From positions 4,317 to 68,316 of the forward strand of contig JBMNPD010000001.1 in assembly GCA_050943415.1 (NCBI GenBank): 64,000 nucleotides of DNA. The letters are read 5' to 3'. A program made the position numbers and the translations under genes. Positions 39,015 through 48,421 of this stretch are shown one piece after another (position 1 is the first letter of the stretch; the number at the start of each line of letters is the position of its first letter). The notes under the pieces were generated by a model that was not told where the DNA came from, ran no database searches, and worked only from the letters and a program-made list of their open reading frames with translations. Source of the stretch: Candidatus Dojkabacteria bacterium (GTDB lineage Bacteria; Patescibacteriota; Dojkabacteria; SC72).

Positions 39015-39886
39015 TCGAATGTTTTTAACAAATTTTTTATATTAAATTCTTTAACTTCTTCTACTAGTTCTTTAGTAGAAGACTTACGATTGTGTAAGTT
39101 ATCGTAAAAGGTTTTTGTGTTTTTATCTTGGTATATTATACCAGTATATATCTTTTCTTCTTTGATCATCTTCTGTACAAGGTTATGTGCATCTTCAAAT
39201 GATGTTTCAGAATATTTCTTTAGTGTTGAAATCTTTACAATGTGTTTGCTAAACCACTCAGGAGTACATTCTTTGTTGTAAGACGGACATAGTTGAGCAA
39301 TATCTATGATACTACAGCCTTTATGTTTAATTCCTTTTTTAATGATATCTGTTAATTCCACTAAATCACCTGAGTATCCTTTAGCGTAGAATGTTGGGTG
39401 TAGACTTAGTATCAATTCATCAGTATTGTAATCTTTCTCAGGTTTGCCGTATGGCAATGCATACATAGATTTACCTTTAGGAGTTCCAATAGTAGCTTGT
39501 CCAGTGGTTAATGCAAAATTTCTGTTGTTATGTATGAGTACTGTTATATCATAGTTAGACCTAATCGCATTAATTAGATGGTCTATGCCTTCATGAAAGC
39601 AAGCACCATCTCCAAGTTCTACGATGGTAGTAAACTTTCTGTTTGCTAAATGAACACCTGTTGCCAATGCTATTGATCTTCCGTGTAGCCCCTTGAATCC
39701 ATAGGTACCAAATGTGTCTGCACCATTACCGTTACATCCTATGTCGAATGATATGAATGTTTCTGTTGGTGATATGTTTAGTTCAGAGAGTGCTTTCTTT
39801 AAGGCCATACTGATACCAAAGTTACCACAACCAGGACACCAAGTTGGTTTATGTTTTGAACTGTATTTTTCTATATCTATACTCAT
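39011..39886 (-). CDS. korB: 2-oxoacid:ferredoxin oxidoreductase beta subunit
   Basis: WCPGCGNF, DIGC, LHGR, GDG, N..F.LT.GQ, CPSYN. Confidence 0.92.
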   Translation of the reverse strand: MSIDIEKYSSKHKPTWCPGCGNFGISMALKKALSELNISPTETFISFDIGCNGNGADTFGTYGFKGLHGRSIALATGVHLANRKFTTIVELGDGACFHEGIDHLINAIRSNYDITVLIHNNRNFALTTGQATIGTPKGKSMYALPYGKPEKDYNTDELILSLHPTFYAKGYSGDLVELTDIIKKGIKHKGCSIIDIAQLCPSYNKECTPEWFSKHIVKISTLKKYSETSFEDAHNLVQKMIKEEKIYTGIIYQDKNTKTFYDNLHNRKSSTKELVEEVKEFNIKNLLKTFE

Positions 39887-41590
39887 TTAGTTATTGATGA
39901 AATCTAATATATCTTCTACAAAGAATGCTCTACCATCATATTTTAGTAATTTTTCTTCAAAAACATATCCTGTTTTTTCTGTTATGAGGTTTCCTAGTTG
40001 TCCTGTTTGGTTGTTCTCTACAAGTATTAGTCTCTTTTTCTTTGAAATTAGTTTCTCTATTTCTTTTGTTTTTAGTGGGTATATGTAGTCGTAATGGAGA
40101 TAGCCGTACTCAGGATAGCTTGGTATGATGTCTAGTATTGTATTTTTAATACTACCAAAGCCTACAAATACTGTTTTTGTATCTTTTTTACCGTAATATT
40201 TAGGTTCAGGAAGATTCTTTTCTAATGTTTCTAGTTTTCTCATTCTCTTTTTACTCATTTTCATAATAGCTTCAGCATTGTCTGTACTTCCTCCATCTTC
40301 TAAGTGTTCGTCTGATGTTGCAAGGTAAGGTTTGTTTGATTTAGATGGTAACCATCTTGGAGATATTCCATTTTCTGTTAGTAAATATCTTTCTTTTCCT
40401 TTTTCAAAGCCTCTTTCTATTTTAAGTGGTTTAGGTAATTGATCTACAGAGAAAAGACCTTCAGAGATTTGTTTCTCTGTTAGGAGTATTACAGGTATTT
40501 GATATTGATCGGCTATATTAAATGCTTCTTGTATTAATGTGTAGCATGATTCTAAATCACTTACAGATATTACACATTTTGGAAAGTCACCGTGCCCTCC
40601 TTTCACAGCACTATTAAGATCTCCTGCTCCTGTCCATGTAGGTACTCCTGTTCCTGCACCTATTCTTTGTGCTAGTACTACTACGAATGGTGTCTCTGAC
40701 ATTCCTGCACAGGATATTGTCTCTATCATTAGGTCAAAACCTCCTCCTGAGGTTGCTGTAAATGCTCTTGTTCCCATGTACATACTTCCAAGAACCATTT
40801 GTGCTGCAGTTATTTCATTTTCTGCTTGTTTTATTAGGACACCTGTTTGATCAGCTGTTTCTCCTAAGAATTTAAATATTGATGTTGCTGGAGTCATTGG
40901 ATAGCCGTAAAATGCTCTTGCTCCTGAACTTAATGCTCCAAGTGATATAGCATCATTACCTGTCATTACTAATTGTTTAATATTTAAGAAGTTTGGTTTA
41001 GGTAGTTGTATGTTTTTACTGTATGAATCTCGGTATGTAGGGTAATTGTATCCTGCTAGTATACATTTTTTTTCTGCTACTTTATCTATTTTTTTGTTTT
41101 CAAAAAACTTTAATATTTCATCGACTATAATGTCTTTTTCTTTGTTAAGAATTCTCCAAAGGAAGCCTAGCAGTACTGCGTTGGCCATTATTTGTACTCC
41201 TCCTGCTTCTACAGCTATTTTCTGACAATCGAGAGTTATCAGGGTGATATTTCTCTTCTTGAGGAATATTTCTTCATCTGTTGTTAAATCTGCTTCTAAT
41301 CCATCATGAATTATTAGTCCGTTTTCTCTTACAGTATGTATATATTCGTGTAATGAAGAATCAGATATTGTTGAGAGAATATCACAATATTTGGATGAGG
41401 AGTTAATTTTTTTATCAGAACAATCAATTTGGTATGAGGCTACGCCTCCTTTTATTAATGATGGATATTCTCTGTATCCAAATATATGGTAACCAGAATT
41501 GTTTAATGCTTGTGTAAGAATCTGTCCAGTAGTATTAATACCTTGTCCTGACGCTCCTGCAAATTTTATTGAAAGTCTATTGTTAAGCAT
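39887..41590 (-). CDS. korA: 2-oxoacid:ferredoxin oxidoreductase alpha subunit
   Basis: G.SGQG, YPS.IKGG, GYPMTPAT, QAENEI, TATSGGGFDLM.E, KYDGR. Confidence 0.92.
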   Translation of the reverse strand: MLNNRLSIKFAGASGQGINTTGQILTQALNNSGYHIFGYREYPSLIKGGVASYQIDCSDKKINSSSKYCDILSTISDSSLHEYIHTVRENGLIIHDGLEADLTTDEEIFLKKRNITLITLDCQKIAVEAGGVQIMANAVLLGFLWRILNKEKDIIVDEILKFFENKKIDKVAEKKCILAGYNYPTYRDSYSKNIQLPKPNFLNIKQLVMTGNDAISLGALSSGARAFYGYPMTPATSIFKFLGETADQTGVLIKQAENEITAAQMVLGSMYMGTRAFTATSGGGFDLMIETISCAGMSETPFVVVLAQRIGAGTGVPTWTGAGDLNSAVKGGHGDFPKCVISVSDLESCYTLIQEAFNIADQYQIPVILLTEKQISEGLFSVDQLPKPLKIERGFEKGKERYLLTENGISPRWLPSKSNKPYLATSDEHLEDGGSTDNAEAIMKMSKKRMRKLETLEKNLPEPKYYGKKDTKTVFVGFGSIKNTILDIIPSYPEYGYLHYDYIYPLKTKEIEKLISKKKRLILVENNQTGQLGNLITEKTGYVFEEKLLKYDGRAFFVEDILDFINN

Positions 41591-41593
41591 ATG

Positions 41594-42544
41594 TTACATT
41601 GATCCTTCTCCGTTAAAAAGTACATAGTCGAAAATAGCACTATGCCACTTTCTTTCAGGTATTAACATTTCTTTTCCTCTGAAAACACTATTACAGTAAG
41701 CAGAGGTTCTTAATTCTATCATTCTAAATGAATCCATGCAGCTATTACCGTTTGAAACTGTCATGTTATAGTATACACCAATGTTACCAGCTACTGCTTT
41801 AATTGTTACTGTATCCAATTTATAACCGTCTTTCATCTCTTGTAGATTAATGGTTACTGTGTCTGTAGCTGTATTATATTTTGTCCAGGTATCTAAAAAG
41901 TTTTCTGCATTGTTACATTCTGTGCCGTTATCAGAAAAACAATAGTTGGTAACATCTTCATCACTGTACGGCTTGTACTCTCCTGCTTCTCCATTTGCAT
42001 TGTAGTTTTTTCCGTATACTTTAGTTACAGAAAAACCTGCTCTAGATTCCCCTTTACTTAATTGAATATTCAATGTACAGTCTGTGAATGTAGCTTCATT
42101 CAGTGGTAAGCTCCAAATTTGACCAGGCATAACTTCGTATGGTGAAGTTTGATCTGCCTCTCTTAAAGTTACATTATATTCGTTTCCATCTGCAGGTAAA
42201 CAAAAGTTTATATTTGAAAGTCCAGTACTATCTCCTAGTATTGTTAGTAATGCTGTAATTTCTTTATCTTCTTTATTTTCTTTTAGAATAACTCCTTGTG
42301 GAAAGGTTATCGGTTTACCAATTGTGTTCATTGCAGACATAACTGTTTCTAAGGAATATGTAGAGAGCTTGTCTAAAATTAGATCAGATATCTCTAATGC
42401 TTCTGCTGATGCTCTTTCATCAATTGTTGATTTTTTATCTCTATGACTTCTAGAAAAGATTGATAGTCCTATGATTGATGAGACTACAAGTACTACCATT
42501 GCCATTGCTAATGCTTGAGCTTTGTACATGTTTTTCTTGTTCAT
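41594..42544 (-). CDS. PilX-like / type IV pilin-like protein
   Basis: Basic N-terminus, 'AQAL' then hydrophobic helix, 'ASAEALEISD' resembling PilX N-terminal region. Confidence 0.55.
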   Translation of the reverse strand: MNKKNMYKAQALAMAMVVLVVSSIIGLSIFSRSHRDKKSTIDERASAEALEISDLILDKLSTYSLETVMSAMNTIGKPITFPQGVILKENKEDKEITALLTILGDSTGLSNINFCLPADGNEYNVTLREADQTSPYEVMPGQIWSLPLNEATFTDCTLNIQLSKGESRAGFSVTKVYGKNYNANGEAGEYKPYSDEDVTNYCFSDNGTECNNAENFLDTWTKYNTATDTVTINLQEMKDGYKLDTVTIKAVAGNIGVYYNMTVSNGNSCMDSFRMIELRTSAYCNSVFRGKEMLIPERKWHSAIFDYVLFNGEGSM

Positions 42545-42565
42545 ATTTAATAATATATCAAAAAT

Positions 42566-45154
42566 TTAAAGTGGTTTAAATCCTACCTCTTTTTTATAGA
42601 GTAAAGCCTCTTTGCCGAAGAATGTTGTTGCAATTTTAGAGAATTTGTAGTCGTAATTTAATACAGTAACTGGATTTGTATTGTTAAAAAGCCGTAAATC
42701 TCTCAACATATTAATCGCTGGTTGTCCGTTTAGATTGTTACCAAAAGCTACTAAACCTCCATTTATTTCTAATCCATCTCTTGTTTGTAGTAATGCATCT
42801 GCAAATTCAATAATTATTTGATTGTTTGCGACTATGAAAGCATCTATGTAGTCATATTTGACAATATTTGGAGAACTATAATATGTTCCTTCTTTAATAT
42901 TTACATTGTTTGCTGCAAAGAATATACATCCTGATGTTTGACTATCTCCTCTTTCTATATTTGGATGTATGTCTATGTCTTTTTCAGACATGACTAATAT
43001 TTTTCCTCTACATTGAGTATCTGATGGGATATTTATATTTTCTGATGAGTAAATATAGCAAAGTTCATCGTTTAAGCATTCATTTATTGTGGTAATCTTT
43101 TTAAAAGCTGTTTTTTCTTGTTGTACTTGGAATTTTCTTTTTAGATATTCAAACCAAAATTCTTTTCTAAGGTTAGAATCAGTTATTGATACTGCTCTTA
43201 CAGCTGTACTGTCAGGTCTTGTTAATTTTGGAATAAATTGATTTGCTGAGGAGAGAATTTCTGTTCCTTTATCAAGTATTTCTTCATTCATGGTTCGTAG
43301 ATATGGGATTGGATCAATTTGTTGTGCTTCAATGCCAGGATAATCGTGTGAGTAGAGTATAGAGCCTTTTGTCGCATACCAAGGATCTAATCTTACTTGA
43401 GAGGTTGTAACAGCGTAATTACATGCTGAATCATAAGCTGTTCCGTAAAGAGATATTGTTCCTAGTTCATTGTTGTTAATATTTACCAATCTTGTTGCTA
43501 AGTATGGATTTTGGTTTAGATTGGTAAATTGCCAAGTGTTGGTGTCTGTAAAGAGACCTATGAGGTTTTCTGCAGGAACATTTTGCGCTGTACTGCTAAG
43601 TGTAATGTTATTTGGCATATTCTCCATTGATATGTAGTCACTTGTTCCATCTCTTCCTAGGTCTGTTCTGTATGCATTTATGATATATGCAAAGATGTTG
43701 GAGGTTGTATCTGATGCTTCCCATGAAAGGTCGAATTCTTTAGAAGTGATAAGGTCTTGGTTTAGTGGTTTTAGTTCTGGTTGTACTAGGTCTACTCCCC
43801 AATCAGAGTATTTTTGAGCATTTCGTTGGTCTATTTGTCCATCTTGAAAGAACATATACTTATCTAATGTTGCTGCGCGCAAACTAAACATTCCATTAAC
43901 TTTATCAGTAAAAGCTATGTCGTATTGAGCAACTAGTTGAGTTCCTTCGTTTACAGTTACGTTGTGTATGGAGATAATTGTTCCTGATCCTGCATCGACT
44001 ATTCCATTGTTAGTAGCAATCCAATTTTTATCTGTGTTCATAGTATAGATGAGAGGGGTGTTTGTCCATGAGTTGTTGTTTTTCTTAATCATAATTCCTA
44101 TTTCATTTACATCTATATTATTATTTGTAGTGACTATTCTACTAAAGTTAGGTGATGTGTTTGTTTTGCTAATCCAAAGTACAAATGCTTCTATATCGGA
44201 ATTACCATCAGGATCAAAAGATTCATATTTTACTTTCAAAGGGTTATTCGCTTCTTGTCCTGTGTGTGTTGTAGTTTTACATCCTTTATTGGTTGTGGAG
44301 TTAGTAAGAGGAAATGTTATTGTTGATGTTGTTGGAGGGGTATTTACTTTGTAATAACCTGTTTTTACAGTGGAGTATAGTTTGTTATCGTCACATCGGT
44401 TAAGTGTATAGTAGAATGCTCCTATATCTCCCATTGCTCCAGGTTTGTAAGTTTCTAGTTTGGTCATAGATGTTGGAGCTATGTCTATTGTATTTGATGT
44501 AGATTCTTTACAGTAATCTTCAGGTCTTGGATTAGTACAATCGCTCCATGCTATCCATTCGTTATTTATTCCGTAGTTGTTTCCTCTTAATATATATCCT
44601 ACTCCTCTACTGATTGCTGGGTTTGGAGATATTTGCGGGAGTATTGTTATACTCATTGGACTTGAGTTGGATACGGGTGATGGTATTCTAGTGGGATTGT
44701 TTTTGTCAGAAGAGAGTTGGTATATAGAATTGTCTATTTTTATGGTAATAGTTGTTGGTATGATTGTAGGTGGTGTATTTGTTTCTACTCTGTAACATCT
44801 TCTTGTAGGTCCACCACATGTGTTTCCACAATCGTTATGATATGAACAGCCTTGATTTTTAGTATCGTTAGTACAGAGATTATTTGGATTAGTTTCTGTA
44901 TATCCAGATGGACATTGTGGAGGTGTACAACTACCATTACAAGAGTCGTCACAAGGGCATGGGACTTCTACATCCTCATACCGTTCACAACAACTATCTC
45001 CTAAACAGAAATTACCCCAAGAGAAATCACAACACCAGTTCCAGTCAACACACTGTCTTTCGTAACATGCTGACTCTGTTATTGTAACGCAACCTAAAAA
45101 TAATATCCCTATAGCTAATAGTTGTTGTATGTATATATTTTTAGATTTCCTCAT
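42566..45154 (-). CDS. Large secreted protein with a Cys-rich N-terminal domain
   Basis: Signal peptide; 17 Cys in about 90 aa; beta-rich C-terminus ('LEINGGLVA'). Confidence 0.75.
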   Translation of the reverse strand: MRKSKNIYIQQLLAIGILFLGCVTITESACYERQCVDWNWCCDFSWGNFCLGDSCCERYEDVEVPCPCDDSCNGSCTPPQCPSGYTETNPNNLCTNDTKNQGCSYHNDCGNTCGGPTRRCYRVETNTPPTIIPTTITIKIDNSIYQLSSDKNNPTRIPSPVSNSSPMSITILPQISPNPAISRGVGYILRGNNYGINNEWIAWSDCTNPRPEDYCKESTSNTIDIAPTSMTKLETYKPGAMGDIGAFYYTLNRCDDNKLYSTVKTGYYKVNTPPTTSTITFPLTNSTTNKGCKTTTHTGQEANNPLKVKYESFDPDGNSDIEAFVLWISKTNTSPNFSRIVTTNNNIDVNEIGIMIKKNNNSWTNTPLIYTMNTDKNWIATNNGIVDAGSGTIISIHNVTVNEGTQLVAQYDIAFTDKVNGMFSLRAATLDKYMFFQDGQIDQRNAQKYSDWGVDLVQPELKPLNQDLITSKEFDLSWEASDTTSNIFAYIINAYRTDLGRDGTSDYISMENMPNNITLSSTAQNVPAENLIGLFTDTNTWQFTNLNQNPYLATRLVNINNNELGTISLYGTAYDSACNYAVTTSQVRLDPWYATKGSILYSHDYPGIEAQQIDPIPYLRTMNEEILDKGTEILSSANQFIPKLTRPDSTAVRAVSITDSNLRKEFWFEYLKRKFQVQQEKTAFKKITTINECLNDELCYIYSSENINIPSDTQCRGKILVMSEKDIDIHPNIERGDSQTSGCIFFAANNVNIKEGTYYSSPNIVKYDYIDAFIVANNQIIIEFADALLQTRDGLEINGGLVAFGNNLNGQPAINMLRDLRLFNNTNPVTVLNYDYKFSKIATTFFGKEALLYKKEVGFKPL

Positions 45155-46535
45155 AGTAATTGTTTAGCAACATTAAGAATATACTATTACCCTCAACTAA
45201 ATATCTATCTTTGTTCCATAGACCAGTTAAACCATTTCTGCTTTCAAATTTCTGTTTATATATCTTAAACAAAATAGTTGTAACATACTCTTTATCTTCT
45301 ATATTGTTTAAACAGTATAAAGATGAAAACATATCTGTATCTATAAGTTTTAAACTTTCTTCAGTATCTGTTTTGAAAAGATTAAGTACGCTATTTTTTA
45401 TCTCTTTATTATCTATATATTCAGCAATTTTACACATATTTCTTAATGTGAATGTATTATTATTAATTATTGAAGAAGAAATTCTACCTAAGACATCACC
45501 ATTATCAAAAGATATTTTTTGATTATACAATCTCTCAGCAGAATCTACATCTGAAGAAAAGGAAATATACCAATCAAATGCTAAAGGAAATTTTTCTTCC
45601 TGAGCTGATATAACTCTTTGGTATATAATAGAGTTGATTAAAGAAGTAACATTATAGTTTTCTGGATCAAACTTGGGTGTTGTTCGTTTTTTAATAACCT
45701 CTTCTAGATCATTTATGTTACAATACTTGGCCAATAATTCGCTTCTATTCTCTCCTGTTATATTTAAATTTCTGATTATTCTTTCAACAATAGTACATGA
45801 ATATGGAGTTACGTTTTCAATATTACTATCCTTGCCATTTTTTTCCAAAGCATTCTTTTTATAGTCATAAAAATTCATTAAATATTTAAAAACATCTTCT
45901 TTGTTTACGGTTTTATTGTACGACCATAGAAGAGGACGAAATAGAATATCAGATGTTGTATTTGAAATAATTCCACGTATCTCATTGTTTTCTAAATAAA
46001 AATAACTGGAGTATATATAAAAAGGTTTCTGATCGTTTGTACTGTTTGTTGCTTGCTTTAAATTTGTTTCAATATCTTTATTTATCTGTTCTATTTCATT
46101 GTGAGAAAAAGACACATTTTCTATACTCCATTTAATCTCTGGTTTAGAAAAAAATTTTTTATTTATTACATCCACAGAAATCACTACTGAATATATATCC
46201 TTGTTTAGGTAATGTTGTTGAAGATAGGAGTATGCTTCTGGTGAAGATACGGGGAATGTAACATCTCTGAGATATGTATTTGTATTTGGTTCAAGTATAT
46301 TTGCATCGAAGAGTATACTGTCTTCGCTAATTCTTATTTTATAAATTAAAGCTTCTGCCTTGTATTTTGAATTCGATACTGAAATATCTTCTTTCTCAAA
46401 TGATGTCAAAAATGGATATTCTTTCTTTAAAAAAGAATTCTTCTCATATATATTAAAATACCAAAGAAAAATACCTAATAATGAAAGAATTAACAATATT
46501 ATTAAAATTGCTAGTATTACTTTCTTCCTCTTCAC
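45141..46535 (-). CDS. Membrane-anchored hypothetical protein
   Basis: Basic N-terminus plus TM; overlaps the next gene. Confidence 0.7.
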   Translation of the reverse strand: MKRKKVILAILIILLILSLLGIFLWYFNIYEKNSFLKKEYPFLTSFEKEDISVSNSKYKAEALIYKIRISEDSILFDANILEPNTNTYLRDVTFPVSSPEAYSYLQQHYLNKDIYSVVISVDVINKKFFSKPEIKWSIENVSFSHNEIEQINKDIETNLKQATNSTNDQKPFYIYSSYFYLENNEIRGIISNTTSDILFRPLLWSYNKTVNKEDVFKYLMNFYDYKKNALEKNGKDSNIENVTPYSCTIVERIIRNLNITGENRSELLAKYCNINDLEEVIKKRTTPKFDPENYNVTSLINSIIYQRVISAQEEKFPLAFDWYISFSSDVDSAERLYNQKISFDNGDVLGRISSSIINNNTFTLRNMCKIAEYIDNKEIKNSVLNLFKTDTEESLKLIDTDMFSSLYCLNNIEDKEYVTTILFKIYKQKFESRNGLTGLWNKDRYLVEGNSIFLMLLNNYYEEI

Positions 46536-46556
46536 ATGAGCAGTTAATTAACTTAG

Positions 46557-47342
46557 CTATATCCAATCTCTACCAAACAATCCTCCGCTAATGTTGTCAA
46601 TACTTAAAACTCTTTCAATATTCCATACTAGATCAGGTTTATCTGACACAGTCTCCTTTAACCATTCTAAATACTCTCTGTCAAGTTTTGCAATATCCTC
46701 TAGTGTCTTACCAGCATACTTTCCAAATGATATGTTTCTAATATATGCTGGTTCTTTACTAATCATTAGCATTTGTTCTACTGTGAATTTGCTATTCTCT
46801 TGAATATATTTAAATAGATCTTTGAGGAAACATACATCACTCATTGCATCATGAGCAATTGTATGTTCTTGATTCTCTTTTTTGTACAAACCTAGATAGT
46901 ATCTCAAGTATTGTAATGAATAACTCTCTATATCTCCTCCTGTAGCTTCATCTTCTATCATATTTCTAGCTAGTTTGTATGTACAGATATATTTAGGTAT
47001 TGTAATACCTTTTTTAGCTAATACTTCTAGATCAAATTCTGCATTGTGTGCTACCCATATGTATTTCTCAGCTAAAAATTTAAGATATTCCTTTAATGAA
47101 TTACCTTTAAATTCTTTGTCCTTGCCCTGTTCTTCTACAACGGCTTTTTCAAACAGTTCTGTGTCACTTAAAAATTCAGGTGTTATATGGTGTACTGCCA
47201 TAGCAGAGAAGGATATTTTTTGTAATGGTTTAAAATATTTGTTAAGTGTAATATCATTACCATTAGTTAGTGCTAATTGTATTAGGTCCTTTGATTGTAC
47301 ATCTGTCGTTTCTGTATCAAAAAACAAAAATTTTTCATCCAT
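46557..47342 (-). CDS. DEDDh 3'-5' exonuclease (ExoX-like) with C-terminal DUF3820-like motif
   Basis: FFDTETT, VAHNAEFD, AHDAMSD, FGKYAGK..YLEWL. Confidence 0.88.
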   Translation of the reverse strand: MDEKFLFFDTETTDVQSKDLIQLALTNGNDITLNKYFKPLQKISFSAMAVHHITPEFLSDTELFEKAVVEEQGKDKEFKGNSLKEYLKFLAEKYIWVAHNAEFDLEVLAKKGITIPKYICTYKLARNMIEDEATGGDIESYSLQYLRYYLGLYKKENQEHTIAHDAMSDVCFLKDLFKYIQENSKFTVEQMLMISKEPAYIRNISFGKYAGKTLEDIAKLDREYLEWLKETVSDKPDLVWNIERVLSIDNISGGLFGRDWI

Positions 47343-47416
47343 ATATAATAGATGATACAGTAATTAGATGGTATGTACAATAACAAATACGATGTGTTTT
47401 AAATGTTGATGATTTT

Positions 47417-47501
47417 GAGAAGAGTCTAGGTAAGTATATGTTGGAAACATATTATTTAGGATATGTATTATACATATCACTAATCTTACCTAGACTTTCT
47501 C
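47417..47501. other. Three-way-junction inverted repeat downstream of 47519-48223
   Basis: agtctaggtaag/cttacctagact enclosing atatgtt/aacatat and gatatgta/tacatatc. Confidence 0.7.
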
Positions 47502-47518
47502 TATCTGTTAGTTATATT

Positions 47519-48223
47519 TTACTCGACAAGCTTGAAATCAAGCTTATCGGTACCTTTGAACATCCAGGGGTCTCCCTGCCCGCTGCTGCGGTATTCTACG
47601 GATTTCGGTGAAATCCGAATGTCCAGCAATTCCTGTGGAGTAATCGTTCCCGATTTCTCACAAGATGTGAGAATGGCCTGTTCATTACTGAGTTTCAACC
47701 AGAATTGGTTGTCCTCTTGTAATTTGGCCTGATGTACATTGTACATCATCGGTTTCTCGGCAAGAGCCTCTCCGAAACATTGTTTCGAAACTCCATAGAT
47801 GACTCTGCTGTTTTGGAGATCTGCAGACCATCCACGGATTTTTTGTGAGAAGTATAACGGTACTCGATTACTGTAAGTCGTAAAAATACGATACTTACCT
47901 TCCGGTACATCGATCACTTCTCTATATGGAGGCCCTGAAAAAGGCCCACTCACAATTGTGAGTAAGTCTTCAGGCACTCGAGGCAATTCATATGGCTTCA
48001 CTTCTCCTGTAGGATATATACATTCTATCCTAGGATAAGCGCCATGCATATGACATGATAAATTACCTCCATTTAGAACACATTGGTTTGCCCACTCAGC
48101 AAACTCAGGAATCTTCCATGGCCATGTGGCTGGATCACATGTCTGGTTACCTGCCATAACGGCAGATACTGATGTTAACAACATCAGTACAACAACAATA
48201 AACAACAATTTTCGGTTTTTCAT
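47519..48223 (-). CDS. Secreted orphan protein, visibly higher GC than its flanks
   Basis: GAGGAGG SD before MKNRKLL; signal peptide ending VMA. Confidence 0.75.
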   Translation of the reverse strand: MKNRKLLFIVVVLMLLTSVSAVMAGNQTCDPATWPWKIPEFAEWANQCVLNGGNLSCHMHGAYPRIECIYPTGEVKPYELPRVPEDLLTIVSGPFSGPPYREVIDVPEGKYRIFTTYSNRVPLYFSQKIRGWSADLQNSRVIYGVSKQCFGEALAEKPMMYNVHQAKLQEDNQFWLKLSNEQAILTSCEKSGTITPQELLDIRISPKSVEYRSSGQGDPWMFKGTDKLDFKLVE

Positions 48224-48421
48224 TATTCCCCTCCTCTTTAGAGAATGATGATTTTGAATGAACAAAAATGCGTCATAGACGCTTATAACTAACAGCACAT
48301 GTATTTTATCAAATTTCTTTTTTTCATGCAACTCTATAGGTTCTTATTACCATATTTTTATATAACCGCTAATTCTAAATATATGATATATTTAAACATT
48401 AATAATTTAAAACAAAACAGT

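Noticed and set aside
12469-47501. Cassette 3' hairpins as integron attC sites
   Set aside because: No integrase in the window; no consistent RYYYAAC...GTTRRRY ends (28412-28437 has GTT before AAC); units have their own promoters and mixed orientation.
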